The notes beneath the pieces were generated by a model. That model saw only the letters and a program-made list of their open reading frames with translations, was not told the origin of the DNA and did no database searches. A stretch of 41,411 bases of DNA from Octopus bimaculoides (taxonomy: Eukaryota), in assembly GCF_001194135.2 (NCBI RefSeq), contig NC_068989.1, positions 11,232,562 to 11,273,972 of the forward strand. Reading direction: 5' to 3'. Position numbers and translations under genes: made by a program. Each line of letters starts with the position of its first letter. Within the stretch, counting starts at the first letter, position 1. Below are positions 24,135 through 35,496 of the stretch, one piece after another.

Positions 24135-24605
24135 GATTGATGTTTTTCTGTAAATGGGTGTATTCTTGTGAAACACATCCATATATGGAATATGTATGTC
24201 TCTCTGTATGTATGTATGTATGTGTGCTGTGGTGTGTGCTATAAAAAAAAACCCTTTGAAATTAGAACCACACACACACACATGCATGGACACAGATGCA
24301 GACATTCCATATCTGTCTTTTGTTGAGGAACAACTTTTAGCCTGTGTTAGTTTGCAATATTGTCACTGGTGCAGCTGTGACCAGGATTTAGAAAAAAAAC
24401 ACAAAATAATAAAACCAATACATAGATCCAACACTTCTACCAAATGAAAATGTATACACACTTTCAAAAAGAACTATTAAATATGCACAGATGCACACCA
24501 CACACACACAAACACACACACACACACATACAGAGAGAGAGAGATAGAGAGAGAGAAGACTGATAAAGACGAAGAATATTTTTAATATTAGACATGTTAT
24601 TTATA

Positions 24606-24790
24606 AGGCGGTGGTGAGCTGGCAGAAACGTTAGCACGCTGGGCAAAATGCTTAGCAGTATTTCGTCTGTCTTTATCTTCTGAGTTCAAATTCCACCAAG
24701 GTCAACTTTGCTTTCATCCTTTCAAGGTTGATAAATTAAGTACCAGTTGTGTACTGGGGTTGATCTAATCAACTGGCCCCCGCTCTCCAA
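24606..24790 (+). mobile_element. SINE family B
   Basis: GGCGGTGGTGAGCTGGCAGAAACGTTAGCACGC...GAGTTCAAATTCC. Confidence 0.85.
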
Positions 24791-24879
24791 AAGAAAAAGA
24801 ATGTTAGACATTATTCTTCTTTAGAATTCATCTCTGTTTAATATTCTGTATTTCTTGTCAAATAGTATGCTATTAATTG

Positions 24880-25030
24880 CATGGTAATAAGCTTGTTTTG
24901 TAATTACATGATTCTGGGTCCAATCCTTCTGTGCGGCACCTTGGGCTAGTGTCTTCTACTATATATAGCCTCAGGCCGCCCCAAGACCTTGTGAGTGGAT
25001 TTGGTAGATGGAAACTGAAAGAAGCTTGTT
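24880..25030 (+). mobile_element. SINE family A 5' half
   Basis: GCGGCACCTTGGGC.AGTGTCTTCTAC...GTGAGTGGATTTGGTAGATGGAAACTGAAAGAAGC. Confidence 0.8.
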
Positions 25031-25252
25031 TTTATTCATATATATATATATATATATTATTACATATAAATATACATATCACGTAGGTACTGTAAGTTTA
25101 GAGGTAATACTTGATAAGTGTAAGCACCTGTATATGCCAGATTGTGGAAGAGGTGAGAAAATATATCAAACATAAATTGAAAGCAGGACACAAAGGATAT
25201 CGCGATACACGTGTTTCAAGCTTTATAAATATACATACATACATACATATAG

Positions 25253-25287
<35 letters not shown>

Positions 25288-25414
25288 NNNNNNNNNNATA
25301 TATATATATATATGTATATATATACACACATATATATTATCATATATATTTATAGTGTACGTGAAAATAAAATGGGAGATGGCATTGTCATGGGTTGGTT
25401 CTGTGAGGGCTTAC

Positions 25415-25488
25415 CTAGGTTATTAAACAGCAGCCACTTTCTAAATGTCTTTCTCAAGCCATATAAGGATATATTTGTTGATAAAATG
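25415..25488 (-). CDS. Candidate 74-bp exon (ILSTNISLYGLRKTFRKWLLFNNL), unidentified
   Basis: Minus acceptor gtaatctgtttag and strong donor TAG|gtaagc; single open frame (phase 2 to 1). Confidence 0.2.
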
Positions 25489-25829
25489 CTAAACAGATTA
25501 CTTGAAAATTTCACTTAAATTGAAAAATATCACCTTCCTGTTTCTCTATCTAATAAATAATACACAATGTAATAAAATATAAATAAAATATAATTAAACC
25601 TAATAGAATCATAATAAAATAAAAATCATAATAAATAACAGAATACAAATATTGGTAAAGAAATTTGATCTTTCTAAAGACATTTAGAAAAATCTGTAAA
25701 TTAATATTTATGGAATTTCTTTCTGATGGTATGTGATATGAAGCAAATGGTAAATTCTCGGTAACAACGAATTGATTGTACACTGTAAAATTTCTGGTTT
25801 CATATGTGTGATTCAGAAGCTTGTATAGG

Positions 25830-26041
25830 TACTGGCATAGCTGTGTGGTTAAAAAGCTTGCTTTGCAACCAGCCACATAGCTTTGGGTTCGGTCCCACTG
25901 TGTGGCACTTTTGGCAGGCGTTTTTATACTATAGCCCCAGGCTAACCAATGCCATGTAAGTGAATTTGGTTGATGGAAACTATGTGGAACCCTATTGTGT
26001 GTATGTAGATGGAATCTGTAAAAAGCTACTCATATATACAT

Positions 26042-26096
<55 letters not shown>
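25830..26096 (+). mobile_element. SINE family A 5' half
   Basis: Head then (TA)n running into the gap. Confidence 0.8.
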
Positions 26097-26517
26097 NNNN
26101 NNNNNNNNNNNNNNNNNNNNNNNNNNNNNNNNNNNNNNNNNNNNNNNNNNNNNNNNNNNNNNNNNNNNNNNNNNNNNNNNNNNNNNNNNNNNNNNNNNNN
26201 NNNNNNNNNNNNNNNNNNNNNNNNNNNNNNNNNNNNNNNNNNNNNNNNNNNNNNNNNNNNNNNNNNNNNNNNNNNNNNNNNNNNNNNNNNNNNNNNNNNN
26301 NNNNNNNNNNNNNNNNNNNNNNNNNNNNNNNNNNNNNNNNNNNNNNNNNNNNNNNNNNNNNNNNNNNNNNNNNNNNNNNNNNNNNNNNNNNNNNNNNNNN
26401 NNNNNNNNNNNNNNNNNNNNNNNNNNNNNNNNNNNNNNNNNNNNNNNNNNNNNNNNNNNNNNNNNNNNNNNNNNNNNNNNNNNNNNNNNNNNNNNNNNNN
26501 NNNNNNNNNNNNNNNNN

Positions 26518-26601
26518 AACATATGTTTCGAAGATTACAAATTATACCTTCCATAAGAATAAGTGATGTTGATAAGAATGTAATCTTCTCTTCAGGGAAA
26601 T
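26518..26601 (-). ncRNA. Minimal type I hammerhead ribozyme (Penelope-like element type); 3' strand of stem I lost in the gap
   Basis: Minus strand reads ATTTCC-CTGAAGA-GAAGATTACA-[39 nt]-TGTAATCTTC-GAAA-C-ATAT-G-TT: intact CUGANGA and GAAA cores, perfect 10-bp stem II, 2-bp stem III with palindromic loop, GUU triplet. The sister arm (26692-26735) continues GGAAAT, complementary to ATTTCC. Confidence 0.72.
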
Positions 26602-26729
26602 GCATGGGAATCAGCTTAAACGTAAGACATTTTAACTGAATATGAGAACTGTAGTTGGAGAAGGTTGTTACGTAATTTATTTGAAAAATCCTATGGAAGG
26701 TATAATTTGTAATCTTCGAAACATATGTT
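26518..26729. repeat. Perfect 38-bp inverted repeat (26518-26555 / 26692-26729)
   Basis: AACATATGTTTCGAAGATTACAAATTATACCTTCCATA versus TATGGAAGGTATAATTTGTAATCTTCGAAACATATGTT. Confidence 0.95.
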
Positions 26730-26979
26730 GGAAATAAAAGTATGCAGTTAACATATGCATTTTACTCCATTTACTAAATTTATATATATATATATTTATA
26801 AAGAAGTGTGAAATGGATGAGTGATTCTGTAGTTTGCACTCATCAGTTCAATACTTTCTTTAAGAGAAATTGCATGTTTTCTTTTCAAGACCATTTAAAA
26901 AAGCCTCTCTTGTATTTAACACCATGTACACTGTGGCTGAGTAATGCGCCAGTAGACTGTGGGGAGCAGTAATTAATAG

Positions 26980-27195
26980 TGGTTTCAAACTTTGGCACAA
27001 GGCCAGAAATTCTGGAGGAGAGGATAAGTCAATTACTTTGAATTCAGCGCTTAACTGGTACTTAATTTACTGACTCTGAAAAAATGAAAGGTAAAGTCAA
27101 CTCTGGTGGAATTTGAACTCAGAACATTAAAACGGACAAAATGTTATGGAATGTTTTGCCCAGCGTGTTAATGATTCTGCCAGCTCACTGCCTTC
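26980..27195 (-). mobile_element. SINE family B, degenerate
   Basis: TTTCAAACTTTGGCACAAGGCCAG...AAAGTCAACTCTGGTGGAATTTGAACTCAG. Confidence 0.8.
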
Positions 27196-27243
27196 ATAAC
27201 AATAACATAATAATAATAATAATAATAATTTTTTATTTATTTT

Positions 27244-27550
27244 TATGCGCCCTTTTAAAGCCTAGCTAGGCTCATGGGCCCAGTTTCCCGGTTTCTATGG
27301 CGTGCGTGTTCCCCCCCAGCTGGACAGGATGCCAGTCCATCGCAGCATTACTCAAGAAACATGAACAAAGAGTGAGAGAAAGTTGGGGCGAAAGAGTACA
27401 ACAGGGGTCGCCACCACCCCCTGCCGGAGCCTCATGGAGCTTTAGGTGTTTTCACTCAATAAACATACACAACTCCCGGTCTGGGAATTGAAACCGCGAT
27501 CTTCCGACCGCGAGTCCACTGCCCTAACCACAGGGCCATTGCGCCTCCAC
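27244..27550 (-). mobile_element. tRNA(Arg)-like SINE (family D type), well preserved
   Basis: Minus strand head GTGGAGGCGCAATGGCCCTGTGGTTAGGGCAGTGGACTCGCGGTCGGAAGATCGCGGTTTCAATTCCCAGACC, with A-box and B-box-like motifs. Confidence 0.8.
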
Positions 27551-27589
27551 AATAATAACAATAATAATCATAATAATAATAATTTCTAC

Positions 27590-27965
27590 TAAAGGCACTG
27601 GGATGCTGTGATGGACCCCAGTCCTCAATAGTTACTTATTCAATTGACCCCGAAAGGATGAAAAGCAACGTTGACCTCGGTGGAATTTGAACTCAGAACG
27701 TAAAGACGGATGAAATACCGCTAAGCATTTCGCCCGGCGTGCTAACAATAATTACGATGTTTTCAAATTTTGGCACATGGCCAGCAATTTAAGTGGGATG
27801 GAGTTAGCCGATTACATCAACTCCAATATTTGACAGGTACTTAATTTTATCGACCCCACCCCCATCAAGGATGAAAGGTAGGATTTGAACTCAGAACTTA
27901 CAGAGACCAAAGAAATGTTGCTAAGCATTTTGACAGTTGCACGAACGATTCTGCCGACTCGCCAT
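27590..27965 (-). mobile_element. Two adjacent SINE family B copies
   Basis: 27590-27748 and 27757-27965, each containing GGATGAAA.G.AA...TTTGAACTCAGAAC...GCTAAGCATTT. Confidence 0.8.
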
Positions 27966-28538
27966 CAACGAAGACAATTTAGGTTCAGGAGAAGAAGCTT
28001 TTGCTTTTAACGAGGGCATAACGATTGGGGAATCATGGTAAAATGCATCCAGTCAATTCTGTAAAGTAGTTGGTGTTAGAAAACACATCCAGGTGTAGAA
28101 AAAACTATGAGTGAGACACAATTCCTTGACCCATTTATGAAATCAGTATTTTTTTATTTTTTTGATCAGACCTGACTCAGACTAATGCCAGTACAGAAAG
28201 CAGGCGTATAATGGTGATGGTGATGATGATGATGGTGGTGGTGGTGATGATTTTTTTTTTTTTTTTTAAGGTTGTAGTTTGTGTTTTTAATTAAAAGTAA
28301 TGGTAATACAGCAAGTCATTTATAATACATTTACATGTTGATTTGAAGTTTATTATTAGTTCGGTTGATTTGCAGTGATGTATGACATCAATATGGCGGC
28401 ATTATTATTTAAGTATTTAACAATAGGAATTCTATTACAGTCTCAGTGTTTGGTTTATTATTATTTCTTTTAAATACTTCATCCATATTGTTATTCATTT
28501 ATTTGTTTGTTTGTATTGCTGTTGGTGCTGTCACTGTC

Positions 28539-28592
<54 letters not shown>

Positions 28593-29149
28593 TGGTGTTT
28601 AGTTAAAGTAGACTTTCTTGTCTGAAATTCGATACGAAGGCAATCTTGTGTGAATAGTTCTCTCTGATAGAAAAAAAAAAAAAAAAAGAAGCTTAATGTG
28701 GCTGTAATTGATATGCTAAATATTTTGTGGGAAGGGTTGAGAGCACAGCCTTGAACATTCACCCAAATCTCCAATTCTTTGTTAAAAATATGCATTGTTA
28801 GATATGATTCCAGTTGTAGCTATCTCATACATAATACTAAACATAGCTGTTAACAATCCTTATGAACCATTTATCCATGCCAAATGTTTCATTGCTCATA
28901 AAGCTGCATGACTACAAGACATTTATTAAAAGAAGTTTTATCTTTGTTTACCCTCAAGTAGGGTGTGGTCATAAGCTTTTAGAAAAAAAACCTGCAGCTG
29001 TCTCATTAGGAATGTGTTGTATGTGATTTATACCTGTAAAAATACTAATTTCTTTTATTTGATAAATAAGGATTTCTTGGTTTACACCCATAAAATAAGT
29101 CCAGCTCAAGAAACCCATGTCTTATCAGTTATCTTACATTAAAAAAAAA

Positions 29150-29341
29150 AAAGTACCCTTGAATCATCGGGCAATAAACTGCGCTTGAGAAGACCTATTA
29201 AAATCAGTCCAAAAAATCAAATCAAAATCAAAATGGAAATTGTAGTTGTGGTCGATGCCAGTGCAGCCTGACTGGCTCCCTGTGCCAATGGTACATAAAA
29301 AACACCATCGGAATGTGGCCAATGCTAGACTCCCCCCCCCC
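29150..29341 (+). mobile_element. SINE family C-related upstream part
   Basis: GCCAGTGCAGCCTGACTGGCTCCCTGTGCCAATGGTACATAAAAAACACC matches the family C subunit; runs into the gap. Confidence 0.6.
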
Positions 29342-31009
29342 NNNNNNNNNNNNNNNNNNNNNNNNNNNNNNNNNNNNNNNNNNNNNNNNNNNNNNNNNNN
29401 NNNNNNNNNNNNNNNNNNNNNNNNNNNNNNNNNNNNNNNNNNNNNNNNNNNNNNNNNNNNNNNNNNNNNNNNNNNNNNNNNNNNNNNNNNNNNNNNNNNN
29501 NNNNNNNNNNNNNNNNNNNNNNNNNNNNNNNNNNNNNNNNNNNNNNNNNNNNNNNNNNNNNNNNNNNNNNNNNNNNNNNNNNNNNNNNNNNNNNNNNNNN
29601 NNNNNNNNNNNNNNNNNNNNNNNNNNNNNNNNNNNNNNNNNNNNNNNNNNNNNNNNNNNNNNNNNNNNNNNNNNNNNNNNNNNNNNNNNNNNNNNNNNNN
29701 NNNNNNNNNNNNNNNNNNNNNNNNNNNNNNNNNNNNNNNNNNNNNNNNNNNNNNNNNNNNNNNNNNNNNNNNNNNNNNNNNNNNNNNNNNNNNNNNNNNN
29801 NNNNNNNNNNNNNNNNNNNNNNNNNNNNNNNNNNNNNNNNNNNNNNNNNNNNNNNNNNNNNNNNNNNNNNNNNNNNNNNNNNNNNNNNNNNNNNNNNNNN
29901 NNNNNNNNNNNNNNNNNNNNNNNNNNNNNNNNNNNNNNNNNNNNNNNNNNNNNNNNNNNNNNNNNNNNNNNNNNNNNNNNNNNNNNNNNNNNNNNNNNNN
30001 NNNNNNNNNNNNNNNNNNNNNNNNNNNNNNNNNNNNNNNNNNNNNNNNNNNNNNNNNNNNNNNNNNNNNNNNNNNNNNNNNNNNNNNNNNNNNNNNNNNN
30101 NNNNNNNNNNNNNNNNNNNNNNNNNNNNNNTATATATATATATATATATATATTTAGTCAAAAGCTTGATGTATTCTAGTTAAGCGAATGACCTGAAACT
30201 GGAGTCTGACATGGAAAGACGTATGTGAACATGACTTAAATAGGTGCTGCCATCTACCTGTTTTCCGATAAAATGCAACATAACCAAACTATTCTCTGAT
30301 GTCTGCTTTACTTACAGAGATATGTTACATCATGTTTTTCCACCCTTCACTGCTTTTTTGGGTTGCATGAAAGAAATAAAAAAAAAAGAGAAAGAGTAAT
30401 ACAACACGTATGGATTTTCTGCTACACAGTCTATTATTTATTGACCAATAGATATAGAGAGAATATATCTATATGTGTGTGTGTGTGTATTTATATATAT
30501 ATATGTATATGTATATAAACATCAGAAGTGAAAATAATAGTCCATTGAATGCATACTATTCTGCAAAATATGTCTTGTTCTTTAATCAATATACAAATGA
30601 CAATAGGTACTGTCAAGTTTGTTAAAATGCAGTGACTCATTATTTGTGGTTTGGATTTTCTTTGGTTATTAGGGCGTAATAAAATCTTAAAAGTTGATTA
30701 TCTATTTACAAAAACATTATTGGTTTTGGCATCTTTTTTGTCTCACACTGTAATTTATTTTTATTTTTATTTTTCTGGGAGTTTTTACTGGACTTTTGAA
30801 TTCCTCTTGGGAACTGAGGCGCTCCGAAAGGGAGTAGTTTCCCTGCCTTCCTGAGTGTCTTTAGGGAGTAGTGTCCCTGCCTTCCTGAGCTAGTTTTCCA
30901 CCATATTTCTTAAAAACTGTGGTAGAGGCCTTGGTCTTGGGACCGTTCATGTCTAGAAACTGAGGTTGGGGGTAAGCAAGGGCATGCTCCCCGTAGAAAA
31001 TCCAGCAAC

Positions 31010-31123
31010 TTCAGAGGACTTCTTTTTTTTTTAAAGTCTAGTACTTATTCTCTTTTGCTGAATCGCTAAGTTACAGGGATATAAACTCACCAACACTGGT
31101 TGTCAAGCGGTGACGGTGAGACA

Positions 31124-31158
<35 letters not shown>

Positions 31159-31611
31159 CTATATACATACATGCATAACTATATGCTGATTGTTGGCAAT
31201 TTGTTTCCTCCATCTTCCTTTTCTTTTGGACTTTCTTCTGTCTCCTGTTTCTGAAGAAGAGCTTTTGCTTGAAACATAAAGCACCCTTTCTTTCCCTGAG
31301 TGTCTAATTAATACTTTGCATGTACCATGTCCTTGCATTGTTGTTTTTTTATTGTTGTCTTTGTTCTCCATTTTTTAAAATTAACTATATATATATAGGA
31401 TTGGCTGCTCTGCATTGATAAGGAGCAATATCCCAAAACTCGTCTGTAGATGCCAGACCAGCAAGGGGAAGCGGCTGACCTCCCATGTTCGAAGGTTATA
31501 ATGGACACAGGTTCGTGTGTCACATAGCTAGCTAGAGGTGATGGCTTCTTGGAGCTAATCAACAGCAGCATTCGTCCTATTTCTTGGACTGCCATGTTGG
31601 CTTGGCGATAA

Positions 31612-31658
<47 letters not shown>

Positions 31659-31815
31659 CAACTGTCTTCTTTCAGTTTCCGTCTACCGAATATATTCACA
31701 AGGCTTTGGCTGGCCCAAGGCTATATTAGAAAACACTTGTGCCACATAAAGGAACTGAACCCAGATCCATGTGGTTGAGAAGCAAGTGTCTTACCACACA
31801 GCCACACTTGCATCT
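31010..31815 (-). mobile_element. SINE family A split by insertions in its central microsatellite (3' half 31010-31160, 5' half 31655-31815)
   Basis: Both halves are collinear on the minus strand, separated by about 490 bp of non-SINE sequence bounded by (TA)n/(CA)n. Confidence 0.75.
31200..31385 (+). mobile_element. Penelope-like terminal fragment with degenerate hammerhead
   Basis: GTTT-CTGAAGA-A-GAGC-TTTT-GCTT-GAAA-C-ATA-AAGC at 31247-31282, followed by a pyrimidine-rich tail ending in (TA)n. Confidence 0.55.
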
Positions 31816-32357
31816 ATTAAAACTTTTCTCTCAGCATTCCCTAAATCTGTAACAAGGAAGCGAAATGTTTTTAATCTTTACATTTCTACCTTCGTATATA
31901 TATATATTTTCTATATTTTTCTTCCCTTAGCTAGATTTGTCTTTAAGTGTCACATGAAGTATAACATGAAAAAGAATTATAAAAACAAAAAAACACCAAA
32001 GAAAAAAAAAGGCAACCTTTGCTCCCACCCCCAAAGCAAACAGAGACAGCCTAAGTAATTCAACAATTAAGATTTCTTCAAAGGTATTAAGATTTATCCC
32101 TTCTCATTTGTAGAATCCTTAAATATTACCATAACCCACTTGCCCCCTGCTCCTTACTGTTCCCCAATCTCAGCCAGATACATTCGCAAGGTTAAGTTTT
32201 AACCACAGTCAGATCCCCCCCCCGCTCTTCTCTTCTTATGTCTTGCTCTTCTTCTCTATCGGTCTGTCCCACATGCACTCATGACTGTCTCTCTTCAATC
32301 TCACACAATGCCTTTTGCTGTCTTGTCTAACCTATCTGTCTCATACACCCCTCTTTC

Positions 32358-32403
<46 letters not shown>

Positions 32404-32869
32404 CCTCCAATAAAAATAAGTAAAATAAAGGAGAGAAAGAAGAAAAGCAAATTGTTCTCTTCTGCTTTCAGCATTAGTTCTTCTGTCCTGCAGGTTGTAA
32501 CATCAACTTGCTCTTAACTGGTGTGTAAGAGAGGACAGAGCTAGTGCGTCTGTGTGTGTGTGTCGGTGTGCATGTATGTATGTGTATGAGTGAGTATGTC
32601 ATGGAAAGAATTGGTTGTGTATGTGAAAGAAAGAAAGAGAGAGAGAGATAGAGAGAGAGGGAGAGCGCTGAGTAGAGAAGAGAAGAGTTTACCTCTTGCT
32701 CAGGTGAAAGCATTGGTACAATCATGCAGGGAGAGGTGATAAGAAAGAAAGAGAAGGTACTTTTTTTTTTTTATATTAACATAACTGCTGCCTCCCTCTC
32801 ACCTTCTCTTTCTCTCTCTCTCTTTGCTATTTTTTTTTTCTTCCACCTGGGATTTTCAAAGCCAATTAC

Positions 32870-32961
32870 CTGAGGGGACTCATTATGGTTTTGGGGAACG
32901 CTAACTGCTTGCCACTTATTGCTGTTGGTGGTGTGGAGTGGTGGCGGTGTGGATTGGTCTG
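32870..32961 (-). CDS. Candidate 92-bp exon, unidentified (may be UTR)
   Basis: Very strong minus acceptor ctttctttttttacttcctctctctag and donor CAG|gtaatt. Two frames are open (DQSTPPPLHTTNSNKWQAVSVPQNHNESPQ or QTNPHRHHSTPPTAISGKQLAFPKTIMSPL). Confidence 0.3.
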
Positions 32962-33604
32962 CTAGAGAGAGGAAGTAAAAAAAGAAAGGGTATACTTGTA
33001 CATAGGGGTACTCTGTAGACCCTTTCCTGTAGTGACCCTTTTTCTGTGTGCTTGTGTGTTGTGTGTGTTTTGTAAATTTTTCTAATTTTCTTTCTTTGTC
33101 TGAAGGTGTTGGATGATGACAAATATAAATAAACAATATAAAAACAAATAAACTAATAAATTAAAGATAAAAAACTGATTCGTTAATTTCTGTCTCTAAT
33201 CTCCCTTATTTCTATAACCCCACCACCACCACCTTGATCCTTGTTTTTTCACCATCTCATGGTTAAGAGTGAAAGGTGGTGGCAGTGATAGTGGTGATGA
33301 TGATGGTGATGGTGATGGTGGTGGTAGTGGTGGTGGTGGTGGTGGTGGTGGTAGCAGCTCTTTAAATATTTCTGCTGGGATTACTATACTGCTAAGACTA
33401 ATTGCTTCTAATTTAGGCTATGAAGCCAACCCAAGGGTTTTTAGTGGAAGGGGTTAGTCCTTAGTATTGGCCCCAGTACTAGAATGGTATTTCATTTTAT
33501 TTGACCCCCCACCCCACCATGAGAGGGATCAAAGACAAATTTGAGAACAAACTCTGTGGGATTCGAATTCAGAATACCACCAGGCATTTTCCCACAGCTC
33601 TAAT

Positions 33605-33651
33605 GATACTACTACTACTACTACCATCGCTACCACCATTGCTACCACCAT

Positions 33652-33705
<54 letters not shown>

Positions 33706-33737
33706 CACCACCACTACCACCATTGCTGTTGCTGCTG

Positions 33738-33780
<43 letters not shown>

Positions 33781-33815
33781 CACCACCACCACTACCACCA
33801 TTGCTGTTGCTGCTG

Positions 33816-33854
<39 letters not shown>

Positions 33855-33890
33855 TACTACTACTCTACTACTACTACTACAACCACCACT
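33605..33890. repeat. Compound (TAC)n/(CAC)n/(TGC)n microsatellite with a 78-bp higher-order duplication
   Basis: CATTGCTGTTGCTGCTGCTAC occurs at 33721 and 33799. Confidence 0.9.
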
Positions 33891-33897
33891 GAAAGCT

Positions 33898-33933
<36 letters not shown>

Positions 33934-33939
33934 GTTATA

Positions 33940-34085
33940 TGTGGTAGGCTCCTTTCGGTTTCCATCTACCAAATTCATTTACAGAATTTTAGTTGGAGAC
34001 ACATTCAAAGCATTTCACAGTGGGACTGAACTCAAGACCACATGGTTAGGAAGCAAGCTTCATAACCACACAGCTACTCCTTTGC
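33940..34085 (-). mobile_element. SINE family A 5' half
   Basis: TTCCATCTACCAAATTCATTTACA...ACCACACAGCTACTCC. Confidence 0.75.
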
Positions 34086-34789
34086 CTATAATGCAATTAA
34101 ATTCTTTGTTAATGAGGTGTTCAAAAGGGAAACTTCTTTCTCCTTAAACAACATCACATTTTAAAATTAACAAATGACGTGTAAAGATGTCTTTAACATG
34201 AATCAGAAAAAACATATCTTATGATTTAAAAGGTGACTTTGGGTACCTAAACTTACTGGTTTTATTTATATCATAATGAGACATTAGACTAACTTGTAGT
34301 AAATAATACCATTTCAAATTTACTTTTTCTACTAAAACACCTTCACCTTAGCTCTTGTCAAAATGTTCAGTGTGGTTCTCTTTTGTTATAAAATACTCTT
34401 GTGAACAATGCCCTCATCAGATATTTGGTTTTCAAGCAGAAGTCAAATGAATTTAATCCATGCTTCACTGCAGTTCAGATATGATGAGCACAGAGGGAAA
34501 GGAGAAAGAGGTAGTACGTACTAAAAACTAGTACCTCCATGAAATATCCTTGAACATAAAGAAGTCTTTATGTACAACGTTTCTCTAAAGTCACACTCTA
34601 CCATTTTAGTATAAAGGAAAGTAAGCCATGCTAAATATTGTAGTCCTAGAAACACTGTTTGAAAGATTGAACCCCCCCCCCAGCATATCTGGTTGATCTT
34701 GTCTCATAAGTCTTTGATCATAAGTCTGTTCAATCCGGGCTGACTAGGGGTGGGGTTAACCCTTTAGCATTCAGATTACTCTGTCAAAT

Positions 34790-35030
34790 GTAGGTGTGGT
34801 GGCTGTGTGGTAAGAAGCTTGCTTACCAACCACATGGTTTTGGGTTCAGTCCCATGGCATGACACCTTGGGCAAGTGTCTTCTACCATAGCCTCGGGCTG
34901 ACCAAAGCCTTGTGAGTGGATTTGGTAGACAGAAACTGAAAGAAGCCCATATATACATACATACATACATACTTACATTCATCCATCCATCTATACATAC
35001 ATACGTATGTACGTACGTACATACATACAT

Positions 35031-35068
<38 letters not shown>

Positions 35069-35260
35069 TTACATATGTGTCTCTGTTTGTCTCCCCACCA
35101 TCACTTGACAACTGATGCTGGTGTGTTTACATCCCCGTAACTTAGCGGTTTGGCAATAGAGACCGATAGGATAAGTACTAGGCTTACAAAGAATACATCC
35201 TGGGGTCGATATCTTTGACTAAAACCCTTTAAGGCAGTGCTCCAGTATGGAGAGTAACTT
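34790..35260 (+). mobile_element. SINE family A, full length, following a TTAACCCTTTAGCATTCAG MITE start
   Basis: Head, (TACA)n centre and tail present. Confidence 0.88.
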
Positions 35261-35496
35261 TCTAGGTGCAATCCTATGGTCATTCATGAGTGAAGGGGTT
35301 CTTTATTCTTTACTATAAGTGTACCTGCATCACCAATAAGCAATGAACTGGCAGAATGGACGGCACATTGGAGAAATTACTTTGTGGTATTTCGTCATGT
35401 GTTTTTATGTTGTCACTTTTACCTTACATCCTCTTGCGGTGGGGTTGAGAAAATATGTATCTGAAATATATCAGGAACTGTTATAAAACTGTTATA

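Noticed and set aside
27470-27550. tRNA-like sequence on the minus strand (also 36975-37045, 36060-36125)
   Set aside because: No proper acceptor stem, and each continues into a SINE body; these are SINE heads, not tRNA genes.
33501-33947. Poly-Leu/Pro and poly-Val ORFs
   Set aside because: Products of the (TAC)n/(CAC)n microsatellite.
35425-35462. 33-bp minus-strand exon candidate with good splice sites
   Set aside because: The sequence is a decayed SINE B body (cf. CTTTGCCTTTCATCCTTTCGGGGTCGATAAAATAAGTACC).
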